Assembly: GCA_050953065.1 (NCBI GenBank)
Contig: JBMNLZ010000003.1
Location: forward strand, 1-64,000
Source of the DNA: Bacilli bacterium
GTDB taxonomy: Bacteria > Bacillota_I > Bacilli_A > ML615J-28 > CAG-698
DNA: 64,000 nt
Reading direction: 5' to 3'
Shown here: positions 39,595-49,052 of the stretch, one piece after another
Position numbering within the stretch: position 1 is the first letter of the stretch
Layout: every line of letters starts with the position of its first letter
Notes under the pieces: model-generated
What the model saw: only the letters and a program-made list of their open reading frames with translations
Told to the model about the DNA's origin: nothing
The model's database searches: none
Program-made: the position numbers and the translations under genes

Positions 39595-39970
39595 TTTCCT
39601 CAATAACCAAAATGGCTTTTTTAAGTAAATACTCCAATCTATCAGTATCTTCTTTTAAATATAAATATCCAATTACAGCTTCAAACCCTGAACTATTTAA
39701 ATATTCAGTTTGATCAACGTTCTTTCTATAACTTTGATATTTAAAATTTCTTCCTCTTTTAAAAATATTTTGTTCTTCTTCTGTTAATTCAGCACTAATA
39801 TTTTTTACTATTTTATCATGGCCTTTTGCACTAAGATACTTTACACATAAATTATGTAGTTTTTTAGAATTGGTAATATCACTTTTTATTAAATATTCTC
39901 TAATATAAAGATTTATATAAGCATCTCCAATAAAAGCTAAGTTAGCACCATTTAACAAATCTATTTTCAT
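39584..39970 (-). CDS. mrnC: Mini-ribonuclease III
   Basis: LAFIGDA, FKRGRN, SGFEAVIGYLY; follows cysS. Confidence 0.95.
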   Translation of the reverse strand: MKIDLLNGANLAFIGDAYINLYIREYLIKSDITNSKKLHNLCVKYLSAKGHDKIVKNISAELTEEEQNIFKRGRNFKYQSYRKNVDQTEYLNSSGFEAVIGYLYLKEDTDRLEYLLKKAILVIEENDE

Positions 39971-41313
39971 GTAAGAATTCCTAAATCCACTAACCTTTTT
40001 CTATATTCATCTGCTTTTATAAAATCTTTATTAGTTCTTGCTTCTTCCCAAAGTTTATAAAGATTTTTCTCTTCTTCACTCAAACTAGATAAATCAATAT
40101 TAATCCCCAAAACCCAAAGAAATTCTTTAAAAAGCGTTAAAACTTGCTTTAAATAAGTTGCTTCATTTTTACTTCTTAATATATTGTTAGTAAGTTTTGC
40201 TACTTTAAAAATTGTTGTTATAGCATTAGCAGTATTAAAATCATTGCTCATTGCTTCGATAAACTCATTTTTCAAACTAATAAGTTCGGCATCTTTTATT
40301 TCTACATCTTCTATATTAGAAGATATTTCTATAGTTCTATAAAGTGAAGTATATGCTCTTTTAATTTTCTCATAATCATTAGTATATTGAGTTAACAATT
40401 CATCCTTATAAGCAAGTGTTTGGCGATAAGGCGTATTTAAAATAAGCAATCTATAAGCACCACACCCAATCTTATCAAGTAAATCATTTGCCCAAATAAC
40501 ATTTCCTAAAGACTTACTCATTTTTTCTTTACCAAAATCTATTCTTCCATTATGCATCCAATAATTAGCAATCATATGATTATTAGCAGAAAGAGATTGG
40601 GCGATTTCATTTTCATGATGAGGAAACTTCAAATCAGAGCCTCCACCATGAATATCAATCTTTCCTTTGAATATATCATCAACCATAACTACACACTCAG
40701 TATGCCAGCCAGGTCTTCCCTTTCCCCAAGGTGAATCCCAATTTAAGCCTTCTTTAGTTTCTTTCCATAAAACAAAATCAATTGGGTTTCTTTTTTTATC
40801 ATTTATTTCTAAACGTTCGCCAGAAATTAAACTCTCTATATCTTGATTACTTAAAACGCCATATTCTTTTACACTAGAAACATCAAAATAAACATCATTA
40901 TCAATTACATAAGCTGCATTAAGATCTACTAACTTTTTAATAAATTCAATTATTTGAGGAATTTTTTGAGTAACTCTAGGATTATAATCATACGGCAAAC
41001 AAGTTAGGCAGGCATTAGTACACAAAATTTCTTTAATATACTTTTCAGCTATTGCTTGTTCAGTCGTATTTTCAAGATTAGCTTTTTTTATAATCTTATC
41101 ATCAATATCAGTAAAATTTGAAGCATATGTAACTTTATATCCAAGATATGTAAAAAACCTTTTTACACAATCAAAAAAAATTACAGGTCTAGAATTGCCT
41201 ATATGCATGTTATCATAAACAGTTGCACCACAAACATACATACTAACTTCATTTTCTTTTAGTGGAACAAACTCTTCAATTTTATTTGAAAGCGAATTAT
41301 ATAATCTAATCAT
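39967..41313 (-). CDS. cysS: cysteine--tRNA ligase
   Basis: YVCGATVY..HIGN, GRPGWHTEC, DIHGGG.DL.FPHHENE, KMSKSLGN. Confidence 0.99.
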   Translation of the reverse strand: MIRLYNSLSNKIEEFVPLKENEVSMYVCGATVYDNMHIGNSRPVIFFDCVKRFFTYLGYKVTYASNFTDIDDKIIKKANLENTTEQAIAEKYIKEILCTNACLTCLPYDYNPRVTQKIPQIIEFIKKLVDLNAAYVIDNDVYFDVSSVKEYGVLSNQDIESLISGERLEINDKKRNPIDFVLWKETKEGLNWDSPWGKGRPGWHTECVVMVDDIFKGKIDIHGGGSDLKFPHHENEIAQSLSANNHMIANYWMHNGRIDFGKEKMSKSLGNVIWANDLLDKIGCGAYRLLILNTPYRQTLAYKDELLTQYTNDYEKIKRAYTSLYRTIEISSNIEDVEIKDAELISLKNEFIEAMSNDFNTANAITTIFKVAKLTNNILRSKNEATYLKQVLTLFKEFLWVLGINIDLSSLSEEEKNLYKLWEEARTNKDFIKADEYRKRLVDLGILT

Positions 41314-41352
41314 TTCTCTTACCTCTTTTAATATTATACTAAAATTATCTTA

Positions 41353-41391
41353 AATTTAAAAGTGTTTCTTTAAAAGAAACACTTTTAAATT
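41353..41391. terminator. long AT-rich inverted repeat after the histidine kinase gene
   Basis: aatttaaaagtgtttctt/aagaaacacttttaaatt. Confidence 0.7.
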
Positions 41392-41394
41392 TTA

Positions 41395-42924
41395 TTATTG
41401 AAGAATATCCTTAGGAAACCTCATTTTTAAAATAGTACCTTTTGGTTTATTATCTTCTACCCAAATTCTTCCTTGATGAGCTTCCACTATATTTTTCGCA
41501 ATCGATAAACCTAACCCATTTCCTCCTGTTTGTTGACTTCTTGCTTTATCTCCACGATAAAATCTTTCAAACATATTTTTCTTAACTTGCGGAGTAACGC
41601 CGATTCCTGTATCTTTAATCTCACAGAATATATCATCAATTGTTTCATAAGTAATTATACTAATAGAATCATTTTCATTTGTATACCTAATAGCATTATC
41701 TAATAAAATAATTAACAATTGTTCCATTTTTTGAGTATCTCCATAAAAAGCTATACTTTCACTTTGAACTTCAAACTTCTTTTCTTGAACTGCTGCAATC
41801 TCTTTAAACGGTTCAACAACTTGATTAATTAAATCATTGAAATCAAACTCAGTGAAATTTAATTGTAAAGTTTGATTATCAGTTTTCGCAATAGTTAAAA
41901 GTTCCGATGTAAGTTTGCTAAGCCTTGCAACCTCACTTAAAGCAATTGCTATATTTTCTGAAACATCATAAACCGTTTTATCTGATTGTGTTAATATGTT
42001 TTCTAATTTACTTCTAACAATTGCAAGTGGCATTCTTAATTCATGCGATGCATCACTAACAAACAATAGCTGTTTATCTAAAACCTCAGCAATCGGTTTG
42101 ATAGATTTTCTACTAAGTAAATAACTAGTAACAATACTCATAAACATAATTATAAGAATTGCAGTAAAGTAAATTTGAATTAAATGACTTCTTGCATTAA
42201 CTTCTCCATCAATATTAACCATTAATTGAGCATATTTTAAAGATGAAAAAGTAGGATGAGAGTTAGTTATGGGAATTGTATAAACTATAAAATCATAATT
42301 TTGATAATGTACAAACTCTTTTTTATTTAAAATTGTTAAATCAAGTTTAAAAGCATCATCTGAAAGTGAAGATTCAATAAATTCATTAAATGATTCTTCA
42401 TCTGGAAAAATTCCATAATTGCTCCAATGATATGGAGTTTGAAGTTCATTCAAGCTTGAATGAATTTCTTCACCACTACTTAATAATATTTGATTACTAA
42501 GTGGAACAATTTGTTCATTATTAGAATCATCAATTGCTTGATTTATATTGCTTTCATTATTAATGGCAACTGAAGTGTTCTCATTTATTAGATAATCTAT
42601 GATTCTCGCATCATAATATCTTTTATAAATAAAGTGTTCTCCAGTTGAACCAACTATTTCATACAAAAACACTAACAATCTTTCATCTTTAGTTTTTTCT
42701 GGAATAACATAACCATTAGTAGTCTGTCCAATATTTTCAGAAATAGTTTTTCCATAACTATCAAGATTTTTCTTAGTTTCTTGATAAAACAATTTATCAA
42801 CCGCAAGAACCATTGCGACTCCTAAAACAATAAATGTAAGTAAAAAGGCTAATAAATTATAGCCTATAAATATAAATTGTTTTTTTAATATCGCTTTATT
42901 AATTTTGTTCTTTTTCTTTTTCAC
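41395..42924 (-). CDS. membrane sensor histidine kinase
   Basis: Two TMs, H-box FVSDASHELRMPL, ILLDNAIRY, DTGIG, FERFYR, GNGLGLSIA. Confidence 0.97.
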   Translation of the reverse strand: MKKKKNKINKAILKKQFIFIGYNLLAFLLTFIVLGVAMVLAVDKLFYQETKKNLDSYGKTISENIGQTTNGYVIPEKTKDERLLVFLYEIVGSTGEHFIYKRYYDARIIDYLINENTSVAINNESNINQAIDDSNNEQIVPLSNQILLSSGEEIHSSLNELQTPYHWSNYGIFPDEESFNEFIESSLSDDAFKLDLTILNKKEFVHYQNYDFIVYTIPITNSHPTFSSLKYAQLMVNIDGEVNARSHLIQIYFTAILIIMFMSIVTSYLLSRKSIKPIAEVLDKQLLFVSDASHELRMPLAIVRSKLENILTQSDKTVYDVSENIAIALSEVARLSKLTSELLTIAKTDNQTLQLNFTEFDFNDLINQVVEPFKEIAAVQEKKFEVQSESIAFYGDTQKMEQLLIILLDNAIRYTNENDSISIITYETIDDIFCEIKDTGIGVTPQVKKNMFERFYRGDKARSQQTGGNGLGLSIAKNIVEAHQGRIWVEDNKPKGTILKMRFPKDILQ

Positions 42925-43582
42925 TCCACATATAACCTACATTTCTTAAAGTTTTTAAATATATATGGTAATTATATTTTTTTAATATTTTTCTTAAATT
43001 ACTTACATAAACCTCAACAACACTCCAAATCGTATCAGATTCAAATCCCCAAACACGATTAAACAATTGTTCTTTAGTTACAATAATATCCTTATTCTTA
43101 ACCAAATATTCTAAAATATCATAATTTTTCCCATAGATTTCTAATGGTTCATCATTGATAGTTACAGTTTTTTTAGAAACATCAAATTTCATATCTAAAA
43201 AAATTAATTGTAATGTTTCAAATGTGTTACTTGATCTTCTAAGCAAAGCATTAATTCTAGCAATTAACTCATCACGATAAAAAGGCTTTGTCATATAGTC
43301 ATCAGCACCAAGTTTTAAGCCTTCTACTTTGTCAGAAATATTATCTTTAGCCGTTAAAATTAAAACAGGAGCTTTTGTAAATCTTCTAATTTTTTCTAAA
43401 ATTTTAAAACCATCAACTTTTGGAAGCATTAAGTCCAATACTATTACATCATAAATATCTTGTTCAACTTGAGTCATAGCTTCTTCGCCATCCCTAATAG
43501 AGTCAACAGTAGCAAATTTGCTTAACATTTCACTAATTGCTTTGTTTAAATGTTTTTCATCTTCAATTACAAGAATTCTCAT
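42899..43582 (-). CDS. OmpR-family response regulator
   Basis: ILVIEDE, LDLMLP, ILTAK, GADDYMTKPF, VEVYVSNLRK, RNVGY. Confidence 0.97.
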   Translation of the reverse strand: MRILVIEDEKHLNKAISEMLSKFATVDSIRDGEEAMTQVEQDIYDVIVLDLMLPKVDGFKILEKIRRFTKAPVLILTAKDNISDKVEGLKLGADDYMTKPFYRDELIARINALLRRSSNTFETLQLIFLDMKFDVSKKTVTINDEPLEIYGKNYDILEYLVKNKDIIVTKEQLFNRVWGFESDTIWSVVEVYVSNLRKILKKYNYHIYLKTLRNVGYMWSEKEKEQN

Positions 43583-43636
43583 TTTAATCACCCACCAATA
43601 CAATTATAGCATTTTTCTAGTAAAAAAAAAAGAAAA

Positions 43637-43663
43637 AAGCAAACTCTTTTTAAAAGTTTGCTT
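43637..43663 (-). terminator. terminator after rpsI
   Basis: aagcaaact/agtttgctt stem plus a long T tail. Confidence 0.85.
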
Positions 43664-43669
43664 AAATTT

Positions 43670-44068
43670 TTAACGTTTAGAGAATTGAGGTGAACGTCTT
43701 GCACCTTTAAGACCATATTTTTTACGTTCTTTAGCTCTTGGATCACGAGTAATTAATCCAGCTTTTTTTAGAACTGGTCTGAATTCAGGATTAACTTCTA
43801 AAAGTGCTCTAGTAATGCCATGTCTAATAGCACCAGCTTGGCCACTAATTCCACCACCTAATACAGAAACAAGCACATCATAACTTGTTGCAGTATTTGT
43901 TAAATTAAGTGGTTGTAAAACGTCTAATCTAACTGCAGCTGAAGGAATATATTCAGCAAACTCACGATCATTAATCGTAATTTTACCAGCACCTGGAACT
44001 AATCTAACTCTAGCAACTGAAGATTTTCTTCTTCCAGTTCCCATATATTGAACTATCTTTTTTGCCAT
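43670..44068 (-). CDS. rpsI: 30S ribosomal protein S9
   Basis: [45 protein letters not shown]. Confidence 0.99.
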   Translation of the reverse strand: MAKKIVQYMGTGRRKSSVARVRLVPGAGKITINDREFAEYIPSAAVRLDVLQPLNLTNTATSYDVLVSVLGGGISGQAGAIRHGITRALLEVNPEFRPVLKKAGLITRDPRAKERKKYGLKGARRSPQFSKR

Positions 44069-44080
44069 ATTTTCCTCCTT

Positions 44081-44518
44081 CTACCCTTTTAACTCATACA
44101 CTACAGGCTTTTGAGCTTGATGTGGATGTTCAGCACCGCAGTAAACGAAAAGTTTTCTATACATATCAGCACCTAATTTATTTTTAGGTAACATTCCTTT
44201 AATTGAAGCTTCAACAACCTTTTGAGGTTGCAAGTCTAACATTTGCTTCACGTTTCTGTGTCTTAAACTTCCTGAATAACCTGAATGACGATAATATTTT
44301 TTCTCTTCCATTTTATTACCTGTCAAAGCAACTTTTTCAGCATTAATTACTATTACATAATCACCACAATCTACATGAGGCGTAAATGTAGGTTTATGTT
44401 TACCTCTTAAAATTGTAGCAACTTCTGTTGACAAACGACCCAAAATAGCGTTTGTAGCATCTACTACAAACCATTTTCTTTCGATATTTTGTTCGTTAGC
44501 CATAAATGATTTACTCAT
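44081..44518 (-). CDS. rplM: 50S ribosomal protein L13
   Basis: [37 protein letters not shown]. Confidence 0.99.
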   Translation of the reverse strand: MSKSFMANEQNIERKWFVVDATNAILGRLSTEVATILRGKHKPTFTPHVDCGDYVIVINAEKVALTGNKMEEKKYYRHSGYSGSLRHRNVKQMLDLQPQKVVEASIKGMLPKNKLGADMYRKLFVYCGAEHPHQAQKPVVYELKG

Positions 44519-44544
44519 AATTTAATTTTCCTCCTAATTTTAAA

Positions 44545-44602
44545 ATCTACGTCAAACCGTGGCGTTTGACAAGAGGGCATTTTGTGGGTTTAAAATGTAC
44601 TT
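44545..44602 (-). promoter_or_regulatory. structured rplM 5' leader (L13-leader-like)
   Basis: Two hairpins, CATTTT-AAACCCAC-AAAATG and GTCAAAC-GCCACG-GTTTGAC, between the promoter and the RBS. Confidence 0.6.
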
Positions 44603-44606
44603 CACT

Positions 44607-44635
44607 ATTATACTATTATTAAGTGTTATTGTCAA
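44607..44635 (-). promoter_or_regulatory. sigma-A promoter of rplM-rpsI
   Basis: Perfect TTGACA-17 nt-TATAAT. Confidence 0.9.
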
Positions 44636-44671
44636 TATTTAAATTTATAATTTTGCTAGAAAACCTATCAT

Positions 44672-44702
44672 AAAAAAAGATGCACAAGTTAATGTGCATC
44701 TT
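44672..44702 (-). terminator. terminator after amidase gene
   Basis: aagatgcaca/tgtgcatctt stem plus T tail. Confidence 0.9.
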
Positions 44703-44714
44703 CTATTTATTTGT

Positions 44715-47700
44715 TTACCAATTCCATTGCCCAGGAATAATACTGTAAAGAGTTACAGATTTTGAGTAAGCGCCTTTTTCAACTTTAATAGTATAACTTA
44801 CTACAGTTGAATATCTAGGAATACCAATAACTCTACCAGTATTACTTACCAATTCTGGATTATTGCTTGTGAAAGTAATAGTATAATCGCTATAATTTTT
44901 AGCAATATAATATTCAGCCTCAACCAATTCATAGAAATTATTTAACAAATTATTATCTCTCATAGTTTGAGGGCAATTCTTACCACTAAAGAAATTATGA
45001 GGTTTAACTCTACTTGGATCTATATTATTAGTAAGTAATAATTGCGCAATTAATTTAGCAGTTTTTTGCCAAGTTAAATATAAATCTGAACCTTGGTTTA
45101 CCATTGTTTCAATACCAATACTATTTCTATTTCCACCACCATTACCAATATATCCAAAGCTTGAACTATACCAAGTTCTACCTATATAATAATTACCATT
45201 TTCTCCAATTACAGTATGAATTCCAGCCGGAGTTATTTTTGAAGTCGGTAAAATTGCACCACCATTTGTAGGAGCAGCTAAAGTTGATTTTTGGCCATTA
45301 AACTCCCAATATCCATCAGCACTAATTGTAATTGTTGGATTTGGACCTGATGCAGGAATTCCTGTATCTGTTAATTGATATGTTAAACTGCCATCTCCTG
45401 CATGATAAGCTACTTCATCATCTGGAATTTGATGATAAATTCCAGTATCGCCAGCTGAATAATGCCAAGAAGTTCCACCACCACCATTATAAACATAATT
45501 TGCATGCATAAAAGCGTCTGCAGTTGATGCTGAGGATGCTGTATCATGAACAGTAATATATTCAACAGAAGTCATTTTTGTTCCAGGTCTATTATCATTA
45601 GTCAATGGTGCTATTCTTTCAGTAATCGTGTTTGTACCAAACCAATATTTTGAAACACTTCCATAAATGTCTGCGTAATATACAAATTGATAACCTGTAA
45701 CTTTTGCATTCTTATAAAGTACATTACCTTCATTTATACTAATTAAATATTCTAATAAAGCATCTGCTTCTTCATAATTTGGTAATACAACTACTTCAAC
45801 TGTCATTTTTATTTCACCATCAGCACTTGATGCAACCTTAATAGTTGCAGCACCTTCAGCAACGCCAGTCACAAGTCCAGTCGAATTAACTGTTGCAATA
45901 CTTGGATCTTCACTTGACCAAGCAGCATTAGCAGTTGTAGGATATACTGTTGCTTGTAATTGAATAGTTTCACCAACCTTTATAGTTCCATGTCCTACAG
46001 TTCTAATTTCAACTCTATCAACATTAACAACAGTTAGTGTCATAGTGGCTTTAACTTTATTATCCGCCACAGAAGTAATTGTAATTGTAGTAGTTCCTAA
46101 TTTTTTAGTATTGATCTTACCAGTTTGGTCAATTGTAGCTACATTTTCATTGCTACTTTCAAAAATCATTCTTTTATCAAATGCTTCATTTGGAGCAATA
46201 TTAACATTTAGTTGATATTCATCATATCCTTCAAGTTCACTTACAGGATTAGATATTGTTATTTCTGTAGGAAGCACAGCATCGCCCCATTTCGCATATA
46301 AAATTTTATTTCCAGTAGACCCTGCTGGTAATGCTACCATTGGTTCTCCTGTAAAGTCGGCATTATCATACCAACCACCAAATACAAATCCTGGCTTAAT
46401 TGGACTAGTAAGAGAAATTTCTGAACCAGTATTAGTATATTTTAAAACTGGAATTCCATTGAAATATTTAATTACATTAGATGTTTGCCATCTTGTTTTA
46501 TTAAATAACTCACCCATTCTAATTCTAGCAACAAAGTATCCGCCCCAGAAAGTTTGAGCTGGATTAACTTTTGTAATTTCAACATCAAGCACTTCAAAGA
46601 AATTTAACCATTTTGAATTATATTCAACTTGATTAATAAAGAAATTAGAATTATCAGGTAATTTTTGATTAGGTGAGAACATTTTTTGGAATGTTGCTTC
46701 AACATACCATGCACCTTTTGTATAATCTCCTCCTACAGCTTTAAATGCTTGGAAATCACTTGTTAAGCCTAAATAATTATAAAAATCACGTAAGAATTCA
46801 TCTGCAAGTTGTTCAACAGTATCATATTTAATATCTCCACCATTCATTATATAGCTAATTGAATATTCACCAGCTCCCAAACTTGCTGCACTAAATTTAG
46901 CGTATAGATTTACATTTGCTAAAGTAGTAATAGCAGTAACTTTGTTTGTAAATCCTGCTTCAGTATACCAGCCATCAAAAACACAACCTAATTTAGCTGC
47001 CTTTGCTAAAGATAGTGGTAAATCACTTTCAGAAAACTCAGTTAGATTTGAACCATCATTTACACCATCATTTAATGTATATGTAATAGTATAAAGATCT
47101 TCAAATTTAGCATATAGTGTAATTGATGTAGTACTAGGCACTTCTAAAACATCAATTCTTGAACCATTAAAGCTTGCATTATCATACCACCCCGCAAATT
47201 TCTTGCCATCTTTTGTTGCAGGAGCTAAAGCGTATGGAAATTGTGAATAACCTACACTTGTAAGATTAGCAGGATCGTTAGTTCCTTGATTTAATTCATA
47301 ATTCAAAGTATATTTGTTCTCAGTATATTTTGCATATAATACTTTATCGCCAATTGATTTAATATGAGTAACTTTATCACCAGTAAAGCCTTCATTAGTA
47401 TACCAACCATCAAATGTATAACCTTGCTTTACAGCATCTTCTAAATAAATATCTAAATCACTTTCAGAAAATGTTGCAGGATTACAACTTGCATTATCTC
47501 CATTATCTAAATGATACACTACATTATATACGATTTCCCATTTAGCATATAATGTTTTGTTCCCAGTACTTCCCGCTACAATAGAAACAACTTTATCACC
47601 TGTGAAGCTTGCATTAGTATACCAACCCGCAAATGCAAAACCATCTCTTGTTGCAGGTTTTAAAATAATAGTCGCATCAGTTGTTTTATATGATGAAACA

Positions 47701-48068
47701 TTTAAAGCGTTATTTACACCATCATTTAAAACATACTGAATTTGATATGTTGTATCAACAACTACAGGATCATTTTCTTGCCATAAAGCATACAAAGAAA
47801 CATTTGATTTAGTCCCTACTGGGATTAAAGTAATCGGATCTCCTGTAAAAGCTGCATTATCAAACCACCCCTCAAAAGTAAATCCTTCTTTTGTAGGAGC
47901 TGAAATTGTAAGCGGCAAGTCGCTCGCCTTAAAACTAGCTACATTACTAGCATGGTTAACACCATCATCCAAATTGTATCTGATTGTATAAGTAGGTTCT
48001 GTTTTTTTACAACCAACAAGTACAATTCCAAAAACTAATACTGAAAATAAAGTTAAAATTTTTTTCAT
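44715..48068 (-). CDS. lipoprotein N-acetylmuramoyl-L-alanine amidase (Amidase_2) with 6 InlB-B repeats and 2 Big_2 domains
   Basis: LVGC lipobox; repeats Y.L..G..P.K.G..F.GWY..LYAK; catalytic motifs YITVHDT, SWHY, AYHAGDG, GNRNSIGIE, VKPHNFFSGKNCP (His/His/Cys Zn ligands). Confidence 0.92.
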   Translation of the reverse strand: MKKILTLFSVLVFGIVLVGCKKTEPTYTIRYNLDDGVNHASNVASFKASDLPLTISAPTKEGFTFEGWFDNAAFTGDPITLIPVGTKSNVSLYALWQENDPVVVDTTYQIQYVLNDGVNNALNVSSYKTTDATIILKPATRDGFAFAGWYTNASFTGDKVVSIVAGSTGNKTLYAKWEIVYNVVYHLDNGDNASCNPATFSESDLDIYLEDAVKQGYTFDGWYTNEGFTGDKVTHIKSIGDKVLYAKYTENKYTLNYELNQGTNDPANLTSVGYSQFPYALAPATKDGKKFAGWYDNASFNGSRIDVLEVPSTTSITLYAKFEDLYTITYTLNDGVNDGSNLTEFSESDLPLSLAKAAKLGCVFDGWYTEAGFTNKVTAITTLANVNLYAKFSAASLGAGEYSISYIMNGGDIKYDTVEQLADEFLRDFYNYLGLTSDFQAFKAVGGDYTKGAWYVEATFQKMFSPNQKLPDNSNFFINQVEYNSKWLNFFEVLDVEITKVNPAQTFWGGYFVARIRMGELFNKTRWQTSNVIKYFNGIPVLKYTNTGSEISLTSPIKPGFVFGGWYDNADFTGEPMVALPAGSTGNKILYAKWGDAVLPTEITISNPVSELEGYDEYQLNVNIAPNEAFDKRMIFESSNENVATIDQTGKINTKKLGTTTITITSVADNKVKATMTLTVVNVDRVEIRTVGHGTIKVGETIQLQATVYPTTANAAWSSEDPSIATVNSTGLVTGVAEGAATIKVASSADGEIKMTVEVVVLPNYEEADALLEYLISINEGNVLYKNAKVTGYQFVYYADIYGSVSKYWFGTNTITERIAPLTNDNRPGTKMTSVEYITVHDTASSASTADAFMHANYVYNGGGGTSWHYSAGDTGIYHQIPDDEVAYHAGDGSLTYQLTDTGIPASGPNPTITISADGYWEFNGQKSTLAAPTNGGAILPTSKITPAGIHTVIGENGNYYIGRTWYSSSFGYIGNGGGNRNSIGIETMVNQGSDLYLTWQKTAKLIAQLLLTNNIDPSRVKPHNFFSGKNCPQTMRDNNLLNNFYELVEAEYYIAKNYSDYTITFTSNNPELVSNTGRVIGIPRYSTVVSYTIKVEKGAYSKSVTLYSIIPGQWNW

Positions 48069-48104
48069 GTTTTTCTCCTTTTTAAAATTTATCCCATCTC
48101 TTCC

Positions 48105-48133
48105 ATTATACCATAAATGCAAAGCATTTTCAA
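48105..48133 (-). promoter_or_regulatory. promoter of amidase gene
   Basis: TTGAAA-17 nt-TATAAT with extended TG. Confidence 0.8.
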
Positions 48134-48149
48134 TTTTAATGATATTTTT

Positions 48150-49049
48150 TTAAGTAATTGCACGTCTAAAATATAATCCATCAACTCTTTTAACTGATGT
48201 ATAACTAATAAATGCTTTAGGATCTATATTTAAAATTATATTTCGATATTTATCAATTTCATAAGCTAGGATTATTGTATCAAAAACATATCGTTTTTGG
48301 TCATCATATCCACCTAAAGCCTCATAAATCGTAACTCCGTGAACAAAATTAGAAATCAAGGCTTTTCTTAATTCATCTTTCTTTGTAGTAACAACTGATA
48401 TTTTTGTAAAATGATAAATAGTATAAATTCTATCTACTACAATTAAAGAAGTTATTAATCTGATTAAAGTATAAGCAGCTATAGCAATATCTGCCCCTAA
48501 AATTGATCCAGTTAAAATTATAAAAAAATCAACTATAAAAAAGAATTTTGTAAAGGAAGCACCTTTCTTAAAAGTAGCCAGTTGAGAAATTATTTCTAAC
48601 CCCCCACCTGATGCTCCTCCTCTTAAAACAATTCCACTTCCAAGGCCACCTAAAAACCCTCCTAAAAGAGCTAAAGTTAAACGATCATCTTTTAAAGCAA
48701 GAAAAGGTTGAAATCCTTCTTTAACTAAAGCTTCTAAAATTAAGATTAAAATACTTTGATATAAAACTGCTAAAGCTGAAAATATAGCAAATCTTTTGCT
48801 AATACTTTTCCAACCTATTAAAAATAAAGGTATATTAATAATCAAAACAAAATAACTCATACTAAGAGTAATCCCTGCTTTTTCTAAAGCAAAAGAAATA
48901 ATTTGAGCTATCCCAGTCACTCCACTAGTATAAAAACCACCCATTGCAACTATCCAAATTAATGAAGTTGTAAAAATTGTAGTTCCAAGAAGCATCGTTA
49001 TCGTAGTTCTTATATCTCGTTTATTTAAAAACGAAGTTATTCTTTTCAT
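48150..49049 (-). CDS. YitT family membrane protein
   Basis: SGVTGIAQ, INIPLF, GASGGGLEI, HGVT..GGY, IDPKAFI. Confidence 0.92.
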   Translation of the reverse strand: MKRITSFLNKRDIRTTITMLLGTTIFTTSLIWIVAMGGFYTSGVTGIAQIISFALEKAGITLSMSYFVLIINIPLFLIGWKSISKRFAIFSALAVLYQSILILILEALVKEGFQPFLALKDDRLTLALLGGFLGGLGSGIVLRGGASGGGLEIISQLATFKKGASFTKFFFIVDFFIILTGSILGADIAIAAYTLIRLITSLIVVDRIYTIYHFTKISVVTTKKDELRKALISNFVHGVTIYEALGGYDDQKRYVFDTIILAYEIDKYRNIILNIDPKAFISYTSVKRVDGLYFRRAIT

Positions 49050-49052
49050 ATT

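Noticed and set aside
44715-48068. Amidase as phage endolysin
   Set aside because: It has a lipoprotein signal, a long repeat stalk, a sigma-A promoter and terminator, and housekeeping neighbours.
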